This document shows, piece after piece, positions 25,033 to 35,788 of a stretch of 64,000 nt of DNA. Under the pieces are notes generated by a model, which did not search any database, was not told where the DNA came from, and was given only the letters and a program-made list of their open reading frames with translations. The translations under genes were made by a program, and so were the position numbers. Position 1 is the stretch's first letter. The number at the start of each line of letters is the position of its first letter. Origin of the DNA: Phoronis australis (Eukaryota; Animalia; Phoronida); assembly GCA_002633005.1 (NCBI GenBank), contig NMRA01000080.1, forward strand, positions 525,291-589,290, read 5' to 3'.

Positions 25033-25325
25033 CTGCAGAGCAACATGAGGAAGTCAGATGAAGTGCATCAGCAACAAATCCATGCAGCTAGCCACAGGGG
25101 TTTCAGGGGAGGCTGGTCGAGGCCCCCAATCCAATCGTATGGTTCAGAGTCAACACAGCACAGTGAGGGATTTCAAAGGGATACACCGAAAATTGCTGTA
25201 GTGCCTAAAAATAAATTTCTTCATGATCATTGGGAGAGTGGGGGAGGTCTTAAATTCTCCCAAATGTGAATCCCTTTGACTGGCTGGCTGCGACCCTGAT
25301 CTGCAAAGGTGTCAGGTGTGCCTAC

Positions 25326-25534
25326 CTGATGGCACGTGGCGCCGTTCTGGCATGGGTTCTGAGCGGTACCACACATGGTATGCAGCTCACAGTGCTGGCC
25401 GGAGTAGGCTGGCTTACACTCACACTTGTACGACAAGCCCTTAGACAGCTCTTTGCTAACCACACTGACACAGACACCCCTGTCTGAGCAAGGGTTATCC
25501 TCACAGGGGTCCAGGGGTGATTCACACTTCCTGC
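25326..25534 (-). CDS. EGF-repeat membrane protein, alternative exon A (EGF7 + first half EGF8)
   Basis: Acceptor ctgtttacag, donor cag/gtaggc; phase 1-0; GRKCESPLDPCEDNPCSDRGVC...CECKPAYSGQHCELHTMCGTAQNPCQNGATCHQ. Confidence 0.88.
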
Positions 25535-25614
25535 CTGTAAACAGTCAGCTAGGCTAGTCATGTCTTGCATATGAGTGCTTGATTGGTGAGCCCTAATGGC
25601 AGCCTACAAACCTA

Positions 25615-25778
25615 TAGGGGTGGATCCAGGATTTTGAGTTGGGGGACAGGTCACAGTATTAGCCAGGATTTTGCTGTCGACATTGGTAACCACGAACTAC
25701 CAAACAGAATCTGAGTGAATTTTAGGGGGCCCCCGGGGGGCATATGTCCCCCTTGGCCCCCCTCTAAATCCGCCACTG
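25615..25778. mobile_element. MITE-like family A (~165 bp)
   Basis: Ends ggggtggatccaggattttg / aaatccgccactg; colinear copies at 32364-32647, 33662-33823, 43241-43408, 51306-51466. Confidence 0.8.
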
Positions 25779-25849
25779 ACACTGGAAGTCGAGGAACTGC
25801 CTATTGAAAATTCACTGGTTGAGTGAGTTGCTAAAACGCAGTGTTTATC

Positions 25850-26851
25850 CATAGGCGGATTTAGGGGGGCCCAGGGGGCCCGGGCCCCCCTGGCTGCCGC
25901 AAAAAAATAAAACAGCAAGAGCGTAGGGAAATGTTGAGTTTAGTAATTAACCCTGGTAATTAAAATTATATGGATGAAACAACATTTAAATGTGTGCAGT
26001 TTTAGTGTTTGGGGGTGGGGGGGGGGGCTCAGATCCAATATCAAGTGTCAAATTCGGAACACGGCTTATTCGTAACGGAACTATGGTTAAGTATAGGCTC
26101 TCCCGCGATATCCCAGGCGACCGGCAGTGGCTCTACGCACTATGACTCCGTTTCCGTCGTCTGCTCCACTGTGCAATGAAGAAAATTTACTTCATTTTTT
26201 AAAGAAAATGGAACCTGAGTAACGATGAAAAAACAGAAGCTGCTGGTAAAAAGTGAATTTTAATCGAAGCCATAGTGAATCACTCAGAAACTCATAATTC
26301 TCTCTTTGTCAAACCTTAACTTAAGACGATTTCCAAAGCAATTCCGTTATTATTGCCAACACGAAAAACGGATTTGGTCTTTTGGGCATTTTAAATACAA
26401 CAAATTTGTTAAGAACTGATTGCACAAAATATAAAACGTGTAATAAGCATTGCAAAAAGAAGTAAGCTTCGCGCGCAAACGCTGTGGACCATAAACAAGT
26501 AGGTCTCTTAGTATCCAAATAAGAGTTAAAGCGTGGTGGTGTAGTGGTTAAGCATGCGCGCTCTGTTCGCTAGGTTGTGAGTTCGAGTCTCTGGTGTCTT
26601 GCATTTTTCCTGTTTGACACGTTCTCCGGTTTTTTTTTGCTTTTTTTCTTGGCTAATACTTCAGGAATCAAGGAAAATGCTTGATTTTTAGAGGAAAAAA
26701 ATAGAAAAATTTCCTGAGCAGGAGGGGGCAAACCCCCCTCCCAGCCTCCCCCCATTCAGTGCTATGCGCATCTGCAATCATGGTCTGCGTAAATGCTTAT
26801 AGCCGGACAAAATGTTGGGGCTCCCCTTGCGATATCCTAGATCCGCCACTA
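25850..26851. mobile_element. ~1-kb non-autonomous element with GGCGGAT/ATCCGCC termini
   Basis: Starts cataggcggatttagggggg, ends cctagatccgccact; carries an internal tRNA-like segment. Confidence 0.6.
26531..26603 (+). pseudogene. tRNA-like sequence (tRNA pseudogene or SINE head)
   Basis: A-box-like tggtgtagtgg and B-box-like gagttcgagtc at tRNA spacing, followed by T-run; acceptor stem does not pair well. Confidence 0.5.
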
Positions 26852-27351
26852 TTATCAGACATTGTAACAAACTAATGTGGTATAGCGAGGAATGAATCAT
26901 ATTTAAGTTTTTCCCTAATTGCTCATAGACCTCAGTTTTACATATATTATGCATGTAAAATTTTACATCGGGATTATAATGACTCGAAACTGTGGCAATA
27001 AAGCTCAGCTGGACCCACTGGATGACTCTTTAAGTTGTGTGAAATGTGAATACAGTATTGTTGAACAAGAAAGATACACAGATATGAAAAGTCGCCAATC
27101 AGGCAATGCCAAGCATATTTTGCCATGAAACAGAATAAAGTGCGTCCACAAATCTCAAATTGCTGTGTATTGTCGCCCACCCAACATTTTGTTCGTACAT
27201 AGCCACCTAAACTAGGAAGCACCACTTGAAATCGAATAATTCAGGATATTGGGATGTTTTTAGCAACTTTGACGCTGATTTTGAAAAGAGGTTATTGCAG
27301 GCTGTTCATCTGTAACCATGCACGTACTACTGCATGACGTGTACCACTGAC

Positions 27352-27465
27352 CTGTAAAAGTGGGCAGACAGAGACACTGGTAATCCTCCACAACAGGGAC
27401 AGGAATGCCCTCACTTCTCTCTAGAGCCTCAAGTACTTTTAGATTGTCACCCGACTCACAGGTAC
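27352..27465 (-). CDS. EGF-repeat membrane protein exon (EGF6 with long loop)
   Basis: Acceptor ctttgcacag, donor cag/gtcagt; phase 1-1; GTCESGDNLKVLEALERSEGIPVPVVEDYQCLCLPTFT. Confidence 0.85.
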
Positions 27466-27987
27466 CTGTGCAAAGTAGTTGCAGAGTTATCTTACAAACA
27501 CCTGGATATTGTGAACAAAATTTCTGAAATTAGCAGCTGTATAGGAATGATGCATAGTTAGAAAATCAGAATTGCAATACCTACAAGCATTCTGTTGAGA
27601 CTCAACCATGCCAGATGCTGTTAAGGCTGCTAAGGCACGTAAATACTAGTGACTCCCTCGGTGCAGAATTAATGGGTAAAATGGTGTTTTGCACTATTTG
27701 GGTAGCAAAACTTACTTCTGACCATGATCTGTTCTCTGAGTTGCTCTTCCTGAGGGTTCAATGTACATGTTCCCAGGAAATAGTTGAGCACCACTGCATA
27801 GGGTTTAGTAGCATTGTCAAATTGAGACTATTTATGCTATAGTTATAATCTCAGTGTTGCCGTGAACAACACTGCATGACTTTCAGCATAGGCATTACTT
27901 GCATTGGTAATACAGTCCTTCATTCTTGAATAACCACACAGTCACAATTAGGACCAAAATGGCACCCTTGGGTTAACACATGGCCGA

Positions 27988-28170
27988 GGAGGCAGTGTGG
28001 AATAGTGTGATACATGTAGGAGCCCGCCTTCTTTACTCGAGGTCGTGGGTTCGAGTCCCACTGGGCCGCACTGCTAGACCCTTGAGTCAGGTTTCTAGCT
28101 CCTCAGCTTGGTTTTAACTATATTTCCAGGTCTGATCAGTGTACCAGACCGCCTGCAATTGTTTTTTTAA
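27988..28170 (+). mobile_element. tRNA-derived SINE
   Basis: A-box-like gtggaatagtg, B-box ggttcgagtccc (~28048), followed by cccttgag.cagg core-like sequence. Confidence 0.55.
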
Positions 28171-28183
28171 CCCATGGCCTCAC

Positions 28184-28269
28184 CTGCATTCATACAAGGG
28201 TTGAGTACTGAACAGATGTCAATCTTGGTCTCACAGGTGATGCCAACATAATGCTGTAGGCACTTGCAT
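28184..28269 (-). CDS. EGF-repeat membrane protein exon (EGF5 end, EGF6 start)
   Basis: Acceptor ttgctttttag, donor cag/gtgagg; phase 2-1; CKCLQHYVGITCETKIDICSVLNPCMNA. Confidence 0.9.
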
Positions 28270-28706
28270 CTAAAAAGCAAGATATCAAATTATAACATCT
28301 TATCTACACGTTATTTGTGCCTATAGTCACTTTTAGCTATTATCGCTTTACAGATGTTAATTGTAGTAGTCAGTAAGTCAGTAGAATGTGAACACCAGGG
28401 GTTATCAAAAACTAGGGCTCATTAAAAAATAGCCTGCTACTAAATACAAATATTATGCACCCTGAAGCTAAAAACAAATGAATCACAATTAATTGCAAAA
28501 TGACTGGCATTAGTCAATTTAATTCACCATACCCATAACTGGATGGAACCCGTAATTTGCGATATGACCCATACATCTGCATGGTAACAGTCTTATTCAA
28601 TTGTTTAACTGTCTTAGTCATGTCTGATGTAAAAACAGTTAACGTGAACATCAAAATTGCAATGGGAAAATGATTGGAAAATGTTGTATTACACGGAGAC
28701 ACTCAC

Positions 28707-29707
28707 TGGAAGCCAGTAGCACCAATCTTGATACATGTACCCCCATTGCTACACTTGTCCGCCGGGCAAGGATCTTCAACAATCTGTTCACAGTGAATCC
28801 CTATGAATCCTTCCTTGCAAGTACAGTAGTACATGTCCACCTGTTTAATACACACTCCTTCATTCATGCAAGGATTGCTAGCACAAACGTCAACCTCCAG
28901 CTCACAATGTAAACCACCAAAACCTTGAAGACAGGCGCAGGTGTGGGTCACTTTCCCAGAAACGCTCAGTACGCAGGAACCACCATTCCTGCAGTCATTG
29001 TGCTGACACGGGTTCTTGCGGATCTCGCAGAACCTCCCCTCAAACTCAGAACTGCATATACAGCTGAACTGGTACCGACTGGTGATGGATTTACAGTGAC
29101 CATCATTTTGGCATGGCTGGGAGTCGCATGGGTCTTTGACGCGCACCACTTGGGTGCAATTCTGTCCAAACCAGCCTCTTTTGCATCTGCACGTGTAACC
29201 ATCAGTATCAGCGATACAACTGCCACCGTTTTTACAGACTTTCAAAGTCTGACACATGTATGTCAACCATTCAACGGTAACAAAGGACTTAGAACGTTTT
29301 GCAATCAAATGGAGCTCACGATCTATTGCTGGCTTGTTTTCTTTCCTTGGAACAAGGTACTTCTTGCTAATGATTATCATGGCACGAGTGGTTGACAGTC
29401 TTGTGTTGGGAAACACAGGCAAAGCAGGCATTCGCAACAGAGTTCCATTTTGAATTTTCCAAAATGGCCAGGAAGCAATCATAATCCTTGGCCATGTAAC
29501 ATCGAGATCAGTTGATTCATTTTTTGTGGTTTGCAATAAATTATTTGTTTCACTTGTAGTTCTATGACTTCGTTCAAGCAGCGTGTGCAGGAGAGGCAAG
29601 GTATCGCTAGAGGTGTACGAGTAGTTTTGGTTTGTAGAGTCACTGTTCATAATAAGAGTAAATATGCAAAGACTGTTGGGTAAAATGTTGATCATCCTCA
29701 CTACCAT
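28707..29707 (-). CDS. EGF-repeat single-pass membrane protein (Notch-ligand-like EGFs, no DSL), first coding exon
   Basis: ORF 28703-29707: weak signal-like N-terminus, ~150-aa Cys-poor region, then EGF1-4 and start of EGF5; donor ca/gtgagt; upstream acceptor gtatttcag at 29717-29718. Confidence 0.9.
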
Positions 29708-31589
29708 AATTTCGACCTGAAATACAATAAAGAGTGAAAACCAAATTAACTATTTTAAAATTAAATAATTTCGTTCAAAAGCTCAGTAACAAGTGACTGG
29801 TGAATTTTTCCCACTGTGAAAGAGATCATAATTCAATCTCACCTTTTAATAACAGGTGGTAGCTGAATGTAACTGTTCCTAAGTCCAACTCTGAGAACCA
29901 GTTACACTCATTGAATTATTGAACTATTTTAATGAAAATATTTCCCAAAACTTTAACATTCTTTAATTAATTTATTTATTTTTTAGTATTTTAGTTCAAC
30001 AATTTCTATTGATCACCTTTGACTAACATGCAACTTGAAAAGTGACTTTGTTTACCCATTTGAAACTGTTCCTAAGAGAAACTATTGGGGCATCATTTGT
30101 GGTTACGACAGTGATTTTTCCACGTGATAAAGCTACAACTAATTCAATTTCAAACTTTTACAAACAATGTGATGTAAATATCATTAAAATGGTCACTTGG
30201 CATCTCAAAACTTAAGCTCTACATGAGTGACAAAAATTGCACTAAAATCATAAACATTTATGTAAGTTATTATGTAGTATTCACTCCCAGTCCCAACTGT
30301 ATGTTAACAGAAATGGGAATGACACCGAACCACTTTCCTATTTCATCAAGGCTGTGAGCTTGCGTACATCACCAAAAATAGCACTTTCTGAATTTTGTCG
30401 GTGTTGGTTCGCTATAACAGCGACAAAATGTTTGAGGAGCTTAGCAATTTGAGCTTCCCCCAATCGTCACGATTTTTCTATGTACCACTGCCGCAACCCC
30501 ACCACGTGAAGTTGTCCGAGTTAAACTCCACAACATGACTTTGATGGTTTAATCAGACAGTGTGAAGCACAATTCGCCGAAAAGCTTCCGGCGTATGGAG
30601 GCCCTATGGGGTGGCCACCGTTTCTACTGTGGCCAGTCGAAACGGCGGCACTGTCTAACTTTTTTAACTTTGGCTGGATGAAACTGAGCAGGTGAGACAG
30701 CGATTTTGTTACAAAGAACGCTGAACCTTTCGAAACAGACTTCACAGAAAACTTGCCTACGTCTTACAAAGTCACAAGTGCAAATATACCTTGCTTCAAC
30801 ATGAGAAAATGATTGAAATATGTCTTGAACAGACGAGTTAATAGAAGTAAGTTAGTGTCGTCTGCATGACAACGAAGACCGCCATAATATCCAGTTGTTA
30901 CCCATAATGCACTTAACAATTGAACAAGGGAGATAATGCATTATTACAAATGGTAATAATGCGTCGTCTCCCTTATGCCTTATCTTGAACCTAATGGATT
31001 AAGCATAAAAACTTCCAACTGAGGTAGCCTCGTTCATTGGCACTATACGCAGAATGGTCTATATTGATGGGTATTAAATTTCGAAACTGAGTCCACCAAA
31101 ATGTCTAAACAAAAACATTTACGATAGGCCTACTCTTCTCAGTTTGGGTTCATGCCCAGGTGAAGTGGGTCGCGTGAACTCCGTTTTCCCGCCGGAAAAT
31201 CCGACTATGGTTCAGCCTCATTTGGTCAAATTTCTGAAAATGAATTCGATATTCGGGTCCATTGTTTTTATCAAAAACATTGAAGGGTTAACTTTTCAGT
31301 GAAAATGTAGATTAACGCTACTTTGGCCCTATTCTGAGCCCAAATTGCAACTCACCCGAATCGATATATCTTCATAATTAAACAATTAACTTCAACATAG
31401 CATCAATCGCCTCGGCCTCATTATCACATTTTGGGTTGTAGGCCTGTATAAATTTCACACGTCGTTCCGACCACCAATGACATTCTGTTGTTTCCCTACA
31501 GTCTGAGCTATCTCTGCACGCGATGGAAACTTTTCGTCAACACGTGCAAATAAGGCACGCACGCATATTTTTGCGAGAATCATATTGTG

Positions 31590-31772
31590 ATGGCAGAGAA
31601 AGATGAATTCAACCTACAAGGAGCAGGCACTCCAGATGCAGAGTCAGTTCAGTATGTGGACAAAGACGATTCACTTTCGATTGCGCCAGACGAAACTGAG
31701 CCCAGACGAACGTTCCACGGGCAACCAAAAGAAGCTTTCATTCCAGCGTGGTGGATAAAGTCAACGGATTAT
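31590..31772 (+). CDS. Multipass membrane protein, probable first coding exon
   Basis: ATG 31590; MAEKDEFNLQGAGTPDAES...AWWIKSTDY; donor gtatga at 31773, phase 0 compatible with the exon at 33956; upstream acceptor tttccctacag at ~31501. Confidence 0.55.
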
Positions 31773-32363
31773 GTATGAATATATTGTACACGAATTGCAT
31801 AAATTTAGTGAAAAAGATGCCAGTGTTTTCAAAAAGATGAAATCAAAAGTTCGTACATTTATATATATAATCAAATTGAGGCCTCTTTTGAAAAATTGTT
31901 TAGCAGGCTGTTTTCTTTCTCAGAATAACTTGAAAATATTAATTGCTACTAGAAATTTTGAGGTAAATAAAAACATTTGTAACAGACTTAATTTGCAAAT
32001 AATTATTTGAAAAGGCCACGAATTTTATTTTTGCACTCTCGTTTTTCCAGTAGCCACTACATAGCAATCTTCTGGCCATTGGTTGGTATCTGACGGATCT
32101 AAATATAGGAGCTTTATAAATCATACCAGAACCATAATCTGGGAAATGTATTATTAATTTTCCGTTCTGCTGCAATGCATTCAACGTCCGTCTCCATATC
32201 GCTTTAAAGCATTGCCTCGTTTTGATTTCACGACCTAGTGAGTTGTAATTTAAGCCCGTAAATGGGCCAAAATTAAACGACCGCATAAAAGGGTTTTAAA
32301 AATCACCCTTTTCCCCAGTCAAGACATGCGTGTGTCATGTTAAGAAGGCAAAGAAATACCTTT

Positions 32364-32647
32364 CAGTGGCGGATTTAAGGGGGCCAAGGGGGCCATGGCC
32401 CCTCCTAAAATTCTAGCAAATACCATTTGACCATTTGACTAGCACATGCGCGCATCTAGGGGAGGGGACTCGGGGATGACTAAACAATGCATAGGGCCTG
32501 TCACCGTTTTTTTTAGTCAAACGGTCCGCAAACCCACGAATTCGAGACCTTGCATCCCTACAGCTTAGGCTGGGCGCACCCGTCTGTCGAAATTTTGGTT
32601 ATTCTGTGTCCTGCCCCCCCCAACTCAAAATCCTGGATCCGCCCCTG
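32364..32647. mobile_element. MITE-like family A (longer variant, reversed)
   Basis: cagtggcggattt ... aaatcctggatccgcccctg termini. Confidence 0.75.
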
Positions 32648-32666
32648 CCTTTAACTACTGTCAGTA

Positions 32667-33212
32667 CCCGGGATCCAATCTTACTCCAGATTGAACTCGA
32701 GATTATTTTTGTCATTTTCTATTCTACTTTTGACAAGTGTCTATTGTTCAGTGCTCGAGCACATGACGACTTACGAGGATAACTATTTAATCCTCAGGCT
32801 TGCTCTTGTTTCTGTTTCTGTTTCTGTGGTGACGTCAGAGGGTTGACACCGGGATAGTCTCTGGCCCTCCTCCTTCCAGTATCGCACACAATGTAAATTT
32901 GGAGATGCAACAAAGTTCGTGCTGGTTACACACTCTTCGATCTTTTCCCCTGATACGAGTTTTTGGATTCCAGATCGCTTACTCTTAATGACCCCAAAAC
33001 TGAGGCTAAAATTACGAGTCAGAAATTTCGAATTTTTAATCAAACTTGAGCTCGCGTATCTACGGGTCATCAAACCATCCAATAGTAATTTCGACTAGAG
33101 ACTCGTTTGCCTAAACCATAATGCCCTTGAGTATTATAGAGTTTTAGACACTTGTCTTGAGTGCAAAAAATAATTTTGAGTTCGATTTCGAGTAGAAAGA
33201 TTAGATTCCGGC
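32667..33212. mobile_element. TCGA-rich MITE-like element
   Basis: Inverted ends ccgggatccaatct / agattagattccgg (12 of 14 complementary); related terminus at ~938-954. Confidence 0.5.
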
Positions 33213-33661
33213 CACAGATTGCACGTGCTATTGGTCGTCTGCTACGATTCACGGAAACAACGCGGTGCTGTCATCAGATTACACTTCATAGATAATTTTG
33301 TTGTGAACAAAGGCATGTTCTAGGAGCAAATATATCAAACCATACAAGCTGCAATTTGGCGACAAGGTACAAGTGATCATTATATGGTTAGTCAGTCTAC
33401 CGCGATGTGGCGTATGTGACCAAACAGTTTCCGATATGAGCTCCCAAGAGGGTACTGGTTGGGTTCTGTTAAGGAGCTGTCAGCGCATAAATGTGGCTTG
33501 CAGTCACAAGATTTAGAAACAAAATCAATTACGCAGCGATATCTCATTATTTCAGTTAAGAATTTACAGAAACCCGCAATATTTTCGATAAAATAAGATT
33601 GTCACAGAAAATTTGCCAAAACGTCCGACGTATGGGTCGTTTGGCTGTAACATCCATGACT

Positions 33662-33823
33662 CAGGGAAGGATCCAGGATTTTTAGTTGGGGGGGGGGGGG
33701 CAGGACAGAGTATTTGCCAGGATTTTGCCCATCAGATATTCGCATCTCCGAATTGCCAAATAGAATCTGGGAGAGTTTTAGGGGGGAGCATGGCACCCTT
33801 GGCCCCCAAAAAATCCGCCACTG
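33662..33823. mobile_element. MITE-like family A
   Basis: Colinear with 25615-25778. Confidence 0.8.
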
Positions 33824-33955
33824 TGACCCATACGATGGCCGTAAAGATTTACAAAGTTTAGACACGCAACCGTCTTTCCCAGCATCCCCTGTATCTGTCT
33901 GGTAGGACTACGATGGCTCACAGTTTCCATTTGTTTTTACGAATGCTGTTGCTAG

Positions 33956-34073
33956 AGTAGCGGCCAGGTGGACAAGACGAAACATGACTCCATCAACGTG
34001 GTTTTTGTAGCAGTCATGGTGGTAGCGTACATCTGCTGTGTTTCCAGTCAAGCAGTCTCTTTTGCCTGGGAAG
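33956..34073 (+). CDS. Multipass membrane protein, exon with first TM helix
   Basis: Acceptor ttgctag, donor gaag/gtaagt; phase 0-1; SSGQVDKTKHDSINVVFVAVMVVAYICCVSSQAVSFAWE. Confidence 0.7.
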
Positions 34074-34652
34074 GTAAGTTTGCATAGGTACTATGTTTTC
34101 ATTAACAGTTACAACAGCAGTTGTTTTCTCATAAACCGCAATTCTTTTGCTGTAGGAACGGCGTTCTTTTCCCCAAACGTAAAATTATAATTGTTAGGAA
34201 GAAAAGAATCCCGTTCATGAGAAAAGAATGGATCTTTTAGCAGTTTCAGAGTTGCGGTTTATTTGAATAGAAATGCAGGTTGCAGGAACAGAAATGTGAC
34301 ATAAAGAAAAGTGCGGTGTTAATTAGAACAGAAGTGTGGACCGTGAGTTATATTTTTCTATATAATTTCATCTGTAATTTCAGCTCCTCTTTGATTAATG
34401 GCATTTAAAATAACATAACTAAAAGAAGGTCCCTTAGTTCAATGATTATTAGAGACATATTCCTTAAATTATGGGCGTTGCATGAAAGGATTCCTACTTA
34501 TTTTCAATAACATTGAAAAATCAACGGAGAGGTCAGTCTCGATTTGTGCCAAAGGCAAGGCCTGATTTGGTAATGAAACTAAAACAGCATTGGAAAACGC
34601 AGTTGGAGTTTCCATAAGCGACAAATACGCAGTACATTAGTACCTAGTTGGG

Positions 34653-34887
34653 CAGAGGCGGATCTACAGGGGAGGTTCAGGGGGTTTAAGCCCCCCCCTC
34701 GGGACAGGATCGAAAATAAAAACTGGAAAAAAATCGCCAGAAAAACGAAATTAGCTACTAAAAATCCCAAAAAATCTTACACGGGAGGAGGGAAACCCTC
34801 TCGCGACCTTCCTTCTCCTCGGCGCTACGCGCCTCGGATTGTTTCGAATCCTAAACCCCCCTTACTGAAATCGTAGATCTGCCACTG
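34653..34887. mobile_element. MITE-like element with CAGNGGCGGATCTAC termini
   Basis: cagaggcggatctac / gtagatctgccactg inverted ends; a matching half-copy at ~19530-19574. Confidence 0.7.
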
Positions 34888-35788
34888 TTGGGGTCATATT
34901 TGCGAGTGTTTCATGCACTCGCGCACTGAACTCGAAATCTTTAAGCTGAGTTTTTACTCGAAATCTCAAGTGTTTAGCTATAATTCCGGGGTCATCAAGT
35001 GCGAATTTTGACTAGCTAGACACTATGTTCGTCTGCGTAAACCATAGTATACATAAGCACAGGATAATAGACATTTATCTAGAGCGCGCACGAACGTATA
35101 AGCGAAAAATGTCATATTGTAAATAATTTCGTAAACTAGTTGACTTGTAGTTTAAATATCATGCACGGAGCCCTGAAGTTGCAGGCCACCCATCATATCA
35201 TTGCAAATAAGTTGCTATTTATTAAAAATATTCAGAGTTCTAAAATAATGAATTCAAAAGTTAATTGCTTCCCAGTCGTCAATCTTCTAGTAATTGCTCG
35301 CTCTCCTTTGCCTAGAATGTTCAAAGAACTACTACTGTCATGAAAGTGGTTGTTTTTTCAGAAGAGAAGAAAACGATGAACTTGTACATGCAGTATGACA
35401 TCGCCATACCGTTCTCGCCTGAACGAANCGAATTTTGACTAGCTAGACACTATGTTCGTCTGCGTAAACCATAGTATACATAAGCACAGGATAATAGACA
35501 TTTATCTAGAGTGCGCACGAACGTATAAGCGAAAAATATCATATTGTAAATAATTTCGTAAACTAGTTGATTTGTAGTTTAAATATCATGCACGGAGCCC
35601 TGAAGTTGCAGGCCACCCATCATATCATTGCAAATAAGTTGCTATTTATTAAAAATATTCAGAGTTCTAAAATAATGAATTCAAAAGTTAATTGCTTCCC
35701 AGTCGTCAATCTTCTAGTAATTGCTCGCTCTCCTTTGCCTAGAATGTTCAAAGAACTACTACTGTCATGAAAGTGGTTGTTTTTTCAG

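Noticed and set aside
26531-26603. Functional tRNA gene
   Set aside because: Promoter boxes are present but cloverleaf stems do not pair convincingly and it lies inside a repeat.
28925-29395. 156-aa plus-strand ORF
   Set aside because: Antisense shadow of the EGF coding exon; no independent evidence.
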